Assembly (NCBI GenBank): GCA_951804945.1
Contig: OX638158.1
Coordinates: 43,586,001 to 43,650,000, forward strand
From: Podarcis cretensis
Taxonomy: Eukaryota
Direction of reading: 5' to 3'
DNA: 64,000 nucleotides
The position numbers were made by a program, and so were the translations under genes. Positions 38,701-52,284 of this stretch are shown in pieces. Numbering within the stretch: the stretch's first letter is position 1; every line of letters starts with the position of its first letter. Below the pieces are notes generated by a model. It saw nothing but the letters and a program-made list of their open reading frames with translations. It was not told the DNA's origin and made no database searches.

Positions 38701-40060
38701 ATCCCCCACAGCTAATTTTCTTCCCTAAGGAAGAACTCCCCCTACCCCTGTACTCATCTCTACCCCCCCTCCCAGTGGAAAAGCAGCTGGGGGAGACATG
38801 TTTGAACAAGGGGAGGAGAGACGAAAATGAAGAAGGCCAAGCAGCTCTTCCTCTGCTTAGACTGACAGCCTTTTACAGCAACTCTTGCTAGTAGTTTTGA
38901 TGTACTATTAGTAGTGGTTTGTGCCTGTCAGGTTTTAAATAATTTAAATGCATGGTGCAATTTTAAAACAATGCCTAATAATAACAAAGAATATTGTATA
39001 ATTGTATCAGTATGTAATTTTATATCATTCAAGTGGGAACCCAAAGGGTTGTAGAATATCCCGTCTATGAGAGGAGTTCTATTCAGAGCTTTAGCTGAAT
39101 GGAAATGGGAATCTTCTCATGATGTTCAGGTTGCATTCTTCATCATGCTAAGAAAACATGCCAGTTTAGGGGTACTCAGGAGAGGTTGTGTAGCAACAAA
39201 TGGAAATGGGAGTTGCACAGAATGAACATTTGGTGGTGGTGGTGCTTCTGCTTCGAGCAGTTGCCTCACTTTGCCTAATGTTAGGGTTGACTTATCTCAC
39301 TGTAGTTGAAGGAAGGAAGTATTTTTAACCTTCATACTATTCATCAAACGTTTTTCTCACCCACTTCCCCAAGGCTGCCTATGGACTACCCCCCCTTCAC
39401 CCCCCATTTTTTGGGTTACCCTGTTTTGCTTCCAAATTGATATTCATTCAACTGCCACCGTTTGCTATTAGAAGAAATTATTATGCCTACTTGAAATCCA
39501 TATTTATAATAATATATTTGACAATATTGTATGCACCTCCCTCATTAGAGCAAGATTCCATTCTAACTCACTATATTTGATGTAGTATTATACAGTAGAA
39601 TTTAGTTAGCTTTTGTCAACTGAAGGTAAAGACTTGATTTTAAGTTCTGCAGCTACTTTCTACTAGTAATAGATTGAATGAAAGTTAAACTTCCTTTATT
39701 GTAAAAGGCATCCCTTTTACAGTGGAAGTTGGTGAGTTATAAATGAAAAATAATTTTGAAAAGTATTTGTACTTCTGAAGAAATTAGTCATTCATTAACT
39801 GTAGCAAAGCTAATAATGGCCTGTTGCTAAGCACACTTGTTTTGTTTTCTCTCTCTTTTTTTGTGTGCTGTGTTGTTCTTAAGAAAATTGATCAGGACTG
39901 ATGTGCATTTTTTATTTTTAGTTTCAAACTAACATGCTGTTTCCCTTTCTCTCTCTTGCCTTTAATTGTGGCTGCCTCCTCTGCTATATTCTCCCTCTCC
40001 ATTTTTGGCCTTGCTGCTTTTGTCTGCTGTTCTGCGTACTCAATTGCACGTCACCTCAAG

Positions 40061-40097
40061 CATCATGATGAGATCAAAGACTGCCAGGGATCCTCAA
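40061..40097 (+). CDS. OSBPL8: OSBPL8 exon 3 (37 nt, cassette)
   Basis: HHDEIKDCQGSS+A versus recalled human LLGDSKDVLGPS(T). Donor CAA|GTAAGT. The 37-nt length joins exon 2 (phase 0) to exon 4 (phase 1) in frame. Confidence 0.85.
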
Positions 40098-43000
40098 GTA
40101 AGTACATGATTTCTGCTACAACATGTAAAGAGCTATATTATCATATTCCCAGATCGTGACATGATTAGGTTCTTCCACTAGACACTGTCAAGTGCCGAGC
40201 TTTTAATGAATGATCAGACACAAAAGTAGCAGAGGGAGGTGGAATAGCTGAACTACAGAAACTGCGCATTTGTGTGCAAGCACATGTGTGTGTACATGCG
40301 CACAAGCTTAAGTCTGCTGTGACTTAAGAAAATAAACAAGAATGTGAAAATAGTAGGGGCCTTAGGTTTTTTTTAAAGTTGGAAAACTAAATTTAAATCA
40401 TTCTGAAAATGGAACACGTATATATGGCTCTGTTGATTAGAGTATAATTTAGTCTGTGCTATAGTGACTAGTAACCTTGTTCTGTTGGCGATAATCTCCC
40501 TGTTTTAATAGAAAAGTGGAAGCTAGTAGCCATCCATGTGATAGTAAACAAATAAAAGATCTTGCAAATAGATAAAGCACAGAATTGTGTTGTTTCTATA
40601 TTGACTTGCTGTCTTAAATATCTTTAACTATTTTTTAATTAATTAAATTTACTAAGGTTCTCTTGTGGGGTTATATCTCAGTATTTTGATTTTATTACAG
40701 CAGTGCTGTTGCTTGATGAAGGAAATCTTATTCAATTAATCATCTGAGTTTTGCTTTAAATCTGCCTAAGTTTGCATGTGAATAATGCAATAGTTCTGAA
40801 GAATATTTCATTGGCCTAGTTTGCATGACCCAGTAAGCCGAACTATGGCTGTGGGACTGCACAGGCTTTTGGAGAAGTCACAGATGCTTTGCTTCTTCAA
40901 GCTTTTTTTATTCCCATGTTTAGCATGCCACCGAAATCCAAGTGTGTGGTGAAGTTCTCTCTTAACTAGCCATGAGCTGTAGCCAGGGTTTATTCTTGTC
41001 TACAACTCAAAATTAACAAGATGAGAGCTTAACTGTGAGCCCAGGTTTGAACACCACACTTTGCCAAACCGTGGATTAGCTCAGTGCAATAAAGAAGGAG
41101 TAGAGAGAGAAGCAAAGAGGGATGAGCTCCTCTCCAGGAGCCTATGCATTCCTGGTAAGCTCTAATTAGCTTACTGTGTAATGCAAAGAATCATGGCGTT
41201 TTGGCAGGGGCTAAACAGTGTGTTACTTGATTTAAGCTTTTTTAAAAGTGTGCATAATGCTGCTGCTCCTATTTTGAAGAGAGAGCAGCTGAGAGGCCTT
41301 GATTCAGTACCATGTTCCTAATCCAGCCAGGGGTTCTTGCTAGAACCCAATATTGGAGAGATAAATGAAAAATATATAGGCAGCTATCAAATGTTTCTCT
41401 TGAGACTATAAATAAGCAATATTTAGCACTACTCCTGTTGGAATACAATTAAAAGGAACTGCCTGCTAAAGTCTTCTCAGATAGCTGACACCATTCTTTT
41501 GAAGAGCTCTTCTCTTAACTAATTGTAACACACTACTATAGTGAGCAAGGTTGACAAGCTCCTTTTTGTACTGGAAAAGTCTTGAGACATATGTAGAGAC
41601 TGCGATCCAAAGTTTCACACAAATAGTTCCATTGTGTGAATTTCTGTTTTGAATTTGTACTTCTTAAACAGTTTAGGCACTCTGTAGTCATTTAAAAAAA
41701 GAAAAATGTATAGTTGCGGCTATCAATATATCTGCTTTTAACTGAATTTCTGCTGTATGAATGTAGCATTTACTCAACATTCAAACACCAATATTTTGTC
41801 ACTTGTTCTCGCCCAATCCCAGCTTCTCAGTTGAGATTGCCAGGGAAGTGCTGAATGGAATCCAGTCATAAGTGCATTGTGGGGCTCCTGTTGGATAGTG
41901 TCTAGTCACAACCGGGTGGGGCAGTTACACAAATTTTAGCCTTGCACAGTGTGCCATATTTTCAAAGTGTGCCCTGCTCGGATATTGCTTCAGCAGCAGT
42001 TAGTCTTAGACTGAGCCCTATATAGGAGCAGCAGTTCTGTCTCACCTGGAAGTTCCACCGTCACTGAAAGGTGCCTCTTCAGTAAATCATGTTACTGGAA
42101 CTGAATGGTGAGAGTTTGGATTCCTGTTTTTCTGGTTTATGTTAGTGTCTGGGATCTCTTCTCAGTATCCACATTCAGTGTGTGTGACTGCAAGTTGAGA
42201 AGAGGATTTCCCTTCCTTGCCTAGCAGATTGTACCCCAAGGAATGGGGAACCTGTTAAACACCAACTCCCATCAACCCCAGCAAGCATAGCCAGTGGTCA
42301 GGTATGATGGCAGTTGTATAGTCTAGCAACATCTGAAGGCCACAGATTCCCTACCAATGCGGTAGCTCAGCTCACTTGTTCTTTGAACGCAAGTGGGCTT
42401 CAAGCAACTAAAAGCTTTTATGGTTGCTTAATAACATCTCCGAAGGAAATCCTATCCAAGACTTTACCTCATAACTAAATGCTTAATCCTTCTAGCGGGC
42501 TAAGCCTTCACCTTTTAAGTATGAGACTAAACTATGTGTATTTCTTATTATAATTACTGCCCACATTATGCTTATATTAAAGACCCATAGGCGTCATTCT
42601 GTAATTAAAGTGTGAGACAATCTATTAAAACCACAAATTCTGTTCCTTTATAAAAATCAATATGACTCATATTACCCATATGAAATTTGAAATGGAGGAT
42701 TCAGGGAGGGGGGTGGGCTGCAAGCCTTTCAAAATTCAGAATGAAAAATCGGGTATATATGTTAATTCATTTCCCTTCCCTAAAGTCTTGTGTGCTCAGT
42801 GTTATAATGTTTTTCACTTGCCACGTTGAATCAATGAAGAAAAGTGTAGTTTGTGTCATATATACAGAATGGCAACTGCCACTAGGGGATGCAGTGGGTT
42901 TATATTGCTGTGTTTATAACTGGGACAGGGTTTGCTAGTTCAGTAAGAAGAGAACAGCTATGCAAGACCAGCTCAAGTCAACCTAGGCAGATAAATCTCT

Positions 43001-44694
43001 ACTGACCCCCTGCTTTCCCAAAGGAAAGAGGTTGAACTGAGTGGGAAGCAAAGGATAGATGGTTGCTGTGTGTAAAAAGAGGCTGAGGAAAAGAGATTTT
43101 GCTCAATCTTCAGGAAGACTAGGAGGTTCTGGCAAAGGGAGCGCTGAGGATTCTTTTTTAAATTTTGCAGATAAATCAGTGGCTTAACCTGTCATGTCAG
43201 GATCTTCTCTACGGTAGAGTAGACTTGGTAATTACGCCCTAATTATCATTGAGGGGTTAAAATCTCTGAGATGTTCTGCTTCTAAGTGCATGTGGCGAAT
43301 TGCAGAATCAAATGTTCCTCCATCTGAAAAATATTTAAAAACCAATGCAACTTTCTCCCTGATACCTGCCTTTCTATGTGGATGGGATTTATTTGTATCC
43401 TAAAATATTCAACATCTGAGTTTCCACTTGGAAGTGGTACATCTCAGATATTCTACTAACGCTTTGAGAACTAGGATGCTTTCATGCTTATGTGTGTGTT
43501 GGACAGCTGTATGTTGGAGTAATTTAATTAGATATTTTGTACATACACAACCCTTTGGTGGGCTTGTGGAAGATCCAGCCTGTATGGTTGTATACCTATA
43601 TGGTTGAAGCCTTTGGGATTTTATATCCCAGCAAGTATTTTATATAAAATGGAGCTGACCTTCTAGGTCGTTCAGGGCAATCTTTTGCCAATAAGCTCCA
43701 GCATAAACATCACAAAAAGAAAAGGAACATGTTCCACAGATTCTACCTCTTGGTTATTATGAGTAAAAGCCACACTGTGTTTAAATACATGCATACTCCT
43801 AAAATACTCATAAAATGAGCAGCTAACTGAAAAGGAGCATAATAAAAAAAGTCTAAGGAACAAGATGAGCAGTTTGCGGATGAGTAAGTCAAAAGGTCTG
43901 GAAAATAAATATCCCTTAGAATTTGCTTTACCCAAGCTTTTGCTTTGCATTTTGCCCTATACTTAAGAGTATGGTACATTGTATGCCTTTATTTTTGGTC
44001 TTATCTCTGGTCTGTTAACCACAATAAATTTATGGTGAATATTTTAATATTGAGAGTGCAGTATTTTCCAAGAGCAGAACAGAATCACTACTGGTAGAAA
44101 AATTGAAGAAATTTGCACTTTCATTGTGAAGTCTCTAGAGGGCAATGTAGCAGTATTGAAAGATTTAAAAAATGGGGGCTTTGAAGCAACATGACATGAC
44201 ATCAGAATGTGCAATTCTTATTAACAAAAAGACAGCAGTACCTCAAAAATAAACAGGTATGTTTTATTAGATTGGAAGTTAATCCTCTATAAAAGCTATA
44301 CTCTTTTGGGATTGAATCTATGAATGGGTGTTATGATGTTTTGGGTATTACTTAAGCTGTTAATTAAAACGTGTACAACTCTAAGACATAACTTTTTCAT
44401 TTTTTGAACATGGAAGGATCTGTCCAATTTGTTGGTACCACTATTTGGTTAGCTTTAGAAATTTAATATTGGGAATGTTTGGTCTAAACAGATGTGATTA
44501 ATAGTATAGGTAGGACCAAAAATGCTGCACACAAAAAATTCTGAAATTGATATAGGAAGAAGTTTTATAGACCTCTGGATTGGGAAGCAGCTGTGTTCAT
44601 AGGCTTGTGCCTGAAATGCTATTTTAAAGTTATCAGAGTGGCATGGGATGACCACATGGGGCAGCAAATTCCTTTTTACTCTTAGTGACACTGG

Positions 44695-44960
44695 AAGACA
44701 TTCATATGTCTTTACTCATGTGTCCACCCTGATCTTCCCGTTCTTATATCCAGTACATCCCTGCCCATAATTTTACCTCGTCCAGCTCCAGCCCCTGAAG
44801 AAATCCTGCTTTCTCAAAAGATGCCACCCTTTCCTCCCATATTTGCAACCATTTCCCAGAACAACTGTGCGTTCTTACTTTCCTTTAAATCCTCCCTCAA
44901 ATCCCACCGTTTGTGTGAAGCCATTAGTGTAAGCCTCTCATTCCCATGCCATGCTGTAAC
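44695..44960 (+). mobile_element. Degenerate L2-type LINE 3' fragment
   Basis: Translation SFKSSLKSHRLCEA resembles the L2 ORF2 end (FKSxLKTHLFxxA). Confidence 0.45.
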
Positions 44961-45198
44961 TTGGCTTAAGCTCAACAACTCCGGGGCATCCTCCCCCAAA
45001 AAAACCTCAACTCTGGTAGACCACTGCCAGTTTTTTTTAATTGGAAGTAGATCACAGTCTCTTGGGAGCTGGATGGGCCTCCTATATACCCTGCCTTCGG
45101 TTTATCCCCCTCCTTTGCTTCTCCTTGTGCATGGACCTGTACTCTGTAAAACACCGTGTGCAGTGAATAATTAATTAATAATCCTCTTTGTTTTTCAG

Positions 45199-45336
45199 GT
45201 GTGGTAACAAACAACGATGAAGCTCATGTTCTGAGTCCAGGAAAGATGAGCCAGCGTCAAGGAAAAGAAGGCTATCTTACTCCAACCAAAGATCTGCAGC
45301 AGCCATCATTTAGTCCAGGAACAGTCCATGGCCATG
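45199..45336 (+). CDS. OSBPL8: OSBPL8 exon 4 (138 nt); contains Met43, the ORP8S start, at 45246
   Basis: SVVTNNDEAHVLSPGKMSQRQGKEGYLTPTKDLQQPSFSPGTVHGHG versus recalled human TVVANSDESQLLTPGKMSQRQGKEAYPTPTKDLHQPSLSPASPHSQG. Acceptor tttttcag, donor G|GTAAGA. Confidence 0.95.
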
Positions 45337-48300
45337 GTAAGAAGCATTTCATTAGTTGACTGGAATGTCAAACTGGATAAAGGGTGGAATTCAACCTAGC
45401 CCTAAATAGATTGTTTCATCAGCAGAAGCATTTCTGCTTGTCTGATTGAATAATCCCCTCCTCTCCCATCGTCCCACGCTATTCTGGGAGTTCTCCCAAC
45501 CTTCCAGAGCAGATCTGGGATAAGAGGAGGGAGGAAAGCTTCATTGTACCAATGGGAGCCCTTCCACAGGCTTCCACAGCCCATAATGTCTTCAATAGTT
45601 ACTGCAGCACTTGCAGCAAATGTGTTCATCTACATGTCAGTAAAAACTGTTTAAAAATGTGGAATCCTTTGGATGAGCTGAAAATTGTTCTCTGTTCTTT
45701 GCCTCTCATCTGGTTCAGAAAATAATTTCTTACCTTAATAAATGTGTAAGTTTATGTCTTCCCTTTTCAGTCTGCTGTTTAAGGTTGCATTTGTATGCAT
45801 GTTAAAAGCGTTTGTAAGACAGTTTTGTACACCATTAATGGCTATTAAGATTTCTGATTTTTAAAAATAGAATGAAGAGTAGAAAGGTTAAAAATTGGAA
45901 TTTGTGCTTTGTACTGCCTGAAATTCCTTGCAGTTTGTGAATAGTTTCCACTCTTGTGATTCAGATTTGAATTGATTAGAATGATTCTTAATAACAGAGA
46001 ACACCAATTGGTTGAATTAATACCCTCTACATAAATTAGGGGGTGGGACCAGATATTGGTGGATTACAAATATACTCATTCCTTACCATTGAACTACCAT
46101 TGACTGGGGTGATGGGAAATGTCATCCAGTAACATTTGGAGGCTTGCAGATTAGTCTGCCCTTTGCTAAATAGTGTTCTCCTGTTCCTGCTTGCATGATC
46201 TCTGTCAGAGTAAACATACTGTAGGCTGTAAGGCTGCTATTCTGTGCACACTTACCTAGGAACAAGCCTCACTGCCCAAAATAACACTTCTGAGAAAATG
46301 CTAAGGATTTGGGCTGTAAATGTTTAGCTGCTTCCAATTGCCTCAGAACTCTTCTTTGAATTGAGGAAGAGCAATTCTACTTTTGGGGAATCTTTTCAGC
46401 TTTCTGATGCACAGATTGATAAAGAGAGAAACCTTAACTTGTGCTGTTGTGCTGCTCATTTTTTGTAGCAGAGATTATGCTTGCCAGGTTTCCAGGCCAA
46501 ATGCAAGCTGAATAAACTACCAAGAAAATGGAAATATTTCAAATTTTCTAATTCCAATTACTATAGTTTTTGTTTCTTTTCAAAATCATAGTGAGATGGG
46601 TTGTAAAGCGGCATTATGACGATTTTAGAGAATATTTAGCTTGAATGTGTCTGTTTGGTGCCATTACTTGCCCTTTCTTCCTTTTATCAGTTGTCGCTAC
46701 TAGCCCCTATGGCTAGTTACCCATGGCTTTTTATGGCAAGTTGTCTGTAGAATAATGTTTGTGTGCATATTGTTGTAAACTTATGCAGCCTTTTTGGGCA
46801 AAAGTTGAAGAGAATGGGCAGGTAAAGCAAGCTGAATTTGGTATATAGAAAGTTGCAAGTTGTTTCTTTCTTCCTGTAACATTTCAGATTACTTAGAACA
46901 GCGATAGTCAACATTGTGCTCTCCAGAGATTGTTAGACTCCAACTCCCAAAAGCAGCAGCCAGCATGACCAGTAGACAGCGATGATGAGTGTTGTAGTCC
47001 AGCAACATCTGGAGGGTTCCATGTTGGCATCCCTGACCTGTATTATAATTTATTTGTAGCGTTCATCATGGTTCATTATTCTTAAATAACGACAACTGTT
47101 TCGTCCCAGCAACCTGGTCTGAAACTCATTGTGTTGCTTAAGCATTTCCTGAGTGAGGACACTTCCAGTCTGTTGCCATTTTCAAGTGACCCTTCCAAGT
47201 CTAAAATTCCATGATTCTTCTTTTCAAAGCTGTTTCTTTCTTCTTCACTCTGCCTTGGCACAGCCCCGTCCTCACAAAAACAGAGTATCAAACAAAAATG
47301 AAATGCCTGTGAGTGATAGGTCAAAGTAGGGCTTGATATTTACTGAGCAAACCAGAACAATTTGTTTTCATGAGATGAAAATGAAATGCCTGTGTAAATA
47401 TTAACATTTGAGAAGTGATCAAATTGGTTCATCACTTAAATACAGACGCCTCCTTAAACTATGTCTCTGGCAGAGGTATTGATCAGTTGAGATGTAAACT
47501 ATATAGTTAACATCCTTATACCATATGATACCAAAATTTAATATAACCATACTTAATTAAAGGAAATTTAGTATTCACAACATTTTGTGAAAATGTCATT
47601 CTGACATATTTTTTTTAAAAAATTCATTGAAAAAATACTAATCATTGATTTTTATTCCCCCTGCTTTTGGTCCCTGGATCCTCTGGGACTGACTTAGAGC
47701 CGTAGGAAGGACACACAGCCATGTACATATGGATACTCAAGTTCATATGGAGAAACGTGGTTGCTTTATTAACAGGCTCTCACAGCTTAGAGATGAAGTA
47801 AACATCTGCCAATTTTGCAGAATTGTATCCTCAATGTCATACAACTTTCCAAGTGGTACAGTCCAAGGGAAGATTACATCTATTTACCTTCCACTGCATT
47901 GTAACATTCCCAGACCCAGTGACATGTCTCATTTTTGTAACCACCCTCCCTGTGTTTCCCTCTTTAGATTGCAAATTCACTTGTGAGACCAATTACGTTC
48001 TCCTACCCAAAATGGCAGGGCCCCCCTTCCCCTCTATCCATGGTACTTTCATGGGCTATCCTATAAGCTTTTTATTTGCCACTGCTCTCAGAATAGGTCA
48101 TTTTTGGATCCATGCATTATGGAAGAACTAACTTTGCTCTTCCCCACAGTAGTGGTAGCCAAAGGGGCATGCTGTGTTCTCAGAGGGTAGTTTCATTTCA
48201 GTTCCTTCAACCATTGTAAGCTTATGCTTTGGTGAAATCCATGTTTACAGATAGCAGGACAACTGGGTTTACTGAGAACAGCTGTATTGATGTTTATGTG

Positions 48301-51046
48301 CTGGAAGTTTTCATTTTCTGTTACATTCCTCTCAAGAGGGTTTGGTATCTAGACACTCTACAAGTGTCATTTGTGCATAGGTATTTTTGATTTGTTAAGT
48401 ACAAGAAAGACTGATCAAGTCCTCCAGGATTGTTATAGACTCTGAGGTAAAAAAAATAGAGCTGATGTTCATGGGTTCTTGTTCTCAAGCTTTTTTTCCT
48501 CTGACTACTTTATTATTATTAATCAAATCAAAGCACATACCACATTTTAAGGGCACTTTTTCTTTAGCGCCAGCATAATCAATTCAGCACCATATTGTGA
48601 AAATCATGGATTTCCCTGTCTGATAATCCAGCTGAGTCAAAACAACCTTGATCTGCATCAGAAAAAATAATAATCAAGTGCAGGACCAAGCACTGTTCTG
48701 CAACCTTTTATGGATCACCTGAATTGAGTTTGTGATTTATAGGCCACAGTTTGAGGACATCTGCATCAACTCTTGCCACTATCTGCCTTTCAGCATTGGA
48801 CCTTTTGATTGCATTTAATACAACAAAAACTGATGTTTGGAACCGACTTGACACAATTCTCATTCTTCAGAACAATAAACAACTTGAAGTTAAAAGCTGG
48901 CAATGTGGATTCAACCCTGACTTATTGTTACACATGATGTGGCAATGCCAGTAGTGGCTTTCTTCTTAGAAGAGATGTGCTTTCAGATAAATCATGTGAA
49001 AATTGGTCTAAGATTCTCCTACATGAATCTCTCTCTAAAATATTGAGTGGTCTGAGGCCTTTCAGAAGCCCACAAGAGGTAGATGTTCATGCCCTGCTAT
49101 AGTTAAAATGGCTAGCACTCCAATGCTTGAAGAACAAATCCTCTGCATCTGCTTACCAAAGAGTAGAAGTCTTGAGTGCTGCATCCTTTGAGTGCATGGC
49201 ATACCACCACCCATTGTCTCATAGGTACCTCTTCAATTCTGTGAACAGTTTTTTTCTTGTTGTAACTATTTTTGGCTCCTTTCCCCTGATAAGTGAACTC
49301 TTACTCTTCTTTCTTCTTTCCTTCCTATTGGCTTTGTTTATTTGTGTCCTGTTTGTTTTATAAAAATATTGGAAATAAATATGACAATAAACTTAAATTC
49401 TAAAATATTAATTTCTGTTGGTCTCCTGTTTAAGTTTTTCTTAGAGATTGTGGCTGCTCAACTAACCATTTTGACCTTCTCTAATACATTAAGTAGGCAG
49501 GAACATTCATATTGCTACTGTACAGCTGATGTCCAACATTTTAGACAACTATGTTTGTAAAATGCCTGTGTATATATTGCTATTTTTAAATTGGTAAACA
49601 TTTATCAAGCTAGCAGAAAGCCAGCTCCATCTACTATATGGAAATTAAGAACAGTTTATAGTTGATTCACGTGTCTTTGAATGTAGTACAATGCCTTTGA
49701 GTCATTACATGTTGCTGCATTTTCAATCTCAACAACCTCTGTACATACATATCTGACTGGTCTATAATGTAACACAGCAACTCATTGACTAAAGTCTATT
49801 TTGCATTCTAAATGAAGAAAATGATTTTACTGTGAGTAGAATTGTGGGTGCCAAGGGATAAGGGAACAGTCCTTTAACTGGTAGGAACAACAGACCTAAG
49901 GAATTCTTACAGTATTGTAGTTTTGGGTCAATCTGTCTAACAGTACTATAGGGGAATGGAATGGAATGTGTTTTTTGTCAAATGTAGGTATTTGGGGAAA
50001 TTTTGTTTAAGGACTTTGTATGCCACCATTTCATTAAAAATATCAGGCTGTCTACACTCTAAAACATAGAAGATCAGAATTTAAAATACATATGCAGATA
50101 ATCATTCAGGTGACAGACTAATAAAAAGTAAACAACTGTAGGCACAAAACATCTCTGTTGGAACAGTGTTCCATGGACTAGCAACACTAAATGTTCTAAC
50201 CGTAGTCAGTCAGTCCTTTGTAACGTTGGGGACAATTAACAGTGCTCCTCCAGATGATTTCAGTGGTTCTGACGGTACACTGGACCCAATTCTTTAAGGG
50301 CTTTGTACAGGCAACTCGCAACTTACGTGGGGGGGGGGGTCATGTTCCAGGGATAGCACATAAAGCCAAAATCACATGCAACTCACTCAAAAATTTTCAC
50401 CAGTTCCTAGAAAAGTGTGAAAACTATTTTAAATACCTTCCTTTTTCCTTTCAACTTGATGTTTTATTTCCTCAAACCCCAGAACATTGGGGCAAAACAT
50501 TGGACTAGAATATTTTTCATTTTCCTTTCAAACCATTATATCTTACTTTGATTGGGGGAGGGGGACATCCGTGTATTGTACCAGTACATGTTTCTGTGCT
50601 TGCACAGTGTAAAATCCATTTACCACTAAAATATATGAAGGTGGTATCCACACGTAAGCTTTCTGCAGCTCTAACTATTCCATTCTTCTCAGATGGGATC
50701 CCTTTCATATACGGCTCTTTAAAAGATTGCCACCTTATGGGTTTTTTTGTTGATAATGACGGGGAGTGGAACCAAGTTACAGAGTAGTCATTTAGATGCT
50801 GTGCAATACAGAATCAAGCATTTCAGACACGGCACAGCAAGGATCGTGGATTTCAGCTTTTTCTTAATTTTGTAATTAAGGTTGCCAAGACCTGCACTTT
50901 AGTAGCAGTAGTACTATATATATATGAATCAAATCAAATCAGGCTGCAGTTTCCATTGCCTCACTGGGTGACAGGGCAACACAATGGTAGATGAGAAAAA
51001 ACAGTGTAAGCACATTGTAACAAAAGTCTAAACTGAGTCAAACACA

Positions 51047-52284
51047 AGTTTATAGAATTACACATGGTTTGGAGGAAGTAGATAGAGAAAAGTTTTTCTC
51101 ATTACTCTAGAACTCCTGGACATTCAGTGAAGCTGAATGTTGGAAGATTTGGGACAGACAAAGAAAGTACTGCATGCAGCACACTATGGAACTAGCCCCA
51201 ACAGGAGGCAGTGATGGACACCAACCTAAAAGAAGATTAGACAGATTCATTGAGGAGAGGGCTGTTAATAGCTGCTAGCTATGATGGCTACTGTCAGGGG
51301 TTCAGGAGCAGAGACACAGGGGAGAGAGGAAACGGAGAGCGAAGGGGAAGAATCTGAGGGCAGCGTAGGGGGGTATGACAGTGGCCCGAGAGATTCCATG
51401 AGCCTCTCCAGCGATTCAGAAGATTCCCAGAGGGGGGCGCCGATGGCCAGGGCAAGGGGGGTCCCAGGGGGGACACACCAGAAGCAAGGGGCCAGCGGGG
51501 ACTCCCAAAGCAGCAGCGGGAGATCAGGACCAGTTCCCCCACCAGAGCGGAGTGGGGGGGAAGAGTCTCATGAATCAGGGCCAGCGTCTCCTCCAGTAGG
51601 GAGAGAAGATGAGTCAGAGCTGGCCACGCCCCCATCGCAGAGTGAGGGAACGGAGGGGAAGTCAGGTCCAGCTAGCCCCCCCGAGGGGGGAAGCAGTGAC
51701 AGGAGCAGTGTAACGGTCAGGAGAAAGGTTGCTGGCTGGGCGCGCGCGCCAAGTTCAAATGTACAGGCGCGCGGGACAGCAGGAAGCACGGATTGGGAGC
51801 CAGGTCCTAAAGCACGCCGGAGGCAGGGGGAAGAATCCGGGGACTCAGCATCAGAAGAGTCCAGAAAGGGCAACACCCCAGCGGACAGGCGGACCCAGAG
51901 GAGGAAAGAGCAAAGGAAGAGGTGGAGCAAGGCTAGAGTCTTAAACTGGTGTCTGGGGGGTGGAGATTCAGACGGAGCTTCAGCGGTCTAGGGTTTAAGA
52001 CGTAGGGCTGCACACCGCGGCTTTGAAATCGAAACTGTGTTTCAATAAAGACTCTTGTATATAACAGCGGACTGGCGTTGGTCCTTTGTGAGCTGGGACC
52101 TCGGGCAGCCCTGACAGCTATGCTTTGCCTCCACAGTTGGAGGTAGTAATGTTACTAAATACCAGTTGCTTGGAAACCACTGGAGGGGAGAATCCTGCTT
52201 GCATGTTTCCCACAGGCATCCGGTTGGCTGCTGTGAGAACATAATGCCATTGGCCTAATCCAGCAGGCTCTTCTTACGTTCTTA
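51047..52284 (+). mobile_element. CR1 LINE 3' fragment (ORF2 end plus 3' UTR) split by a solo LTR
   Basis: Degenerate CR1 ORF2 C-terminus (HG.EEVDREKFF..GHSVKL..GRFGTDK..RLDRFIEE). The 3' UTR resumes at 52117 and ends in a cttcttacgttctta tail. Confidence 0.8.
51292..52116 (+). mobile_element. Solo LTR (825 bp), probably Gypsy-type, containing a long open reading frame
   Basis: Termini TGTCAGGG...CCCTGACA (8-bp inverted repeat), 5-bp TSD GCTAC/GCTAT, AATAAA at 52044-52049, and CpG retention suggesting a young insertion. Confidence 0.85.
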
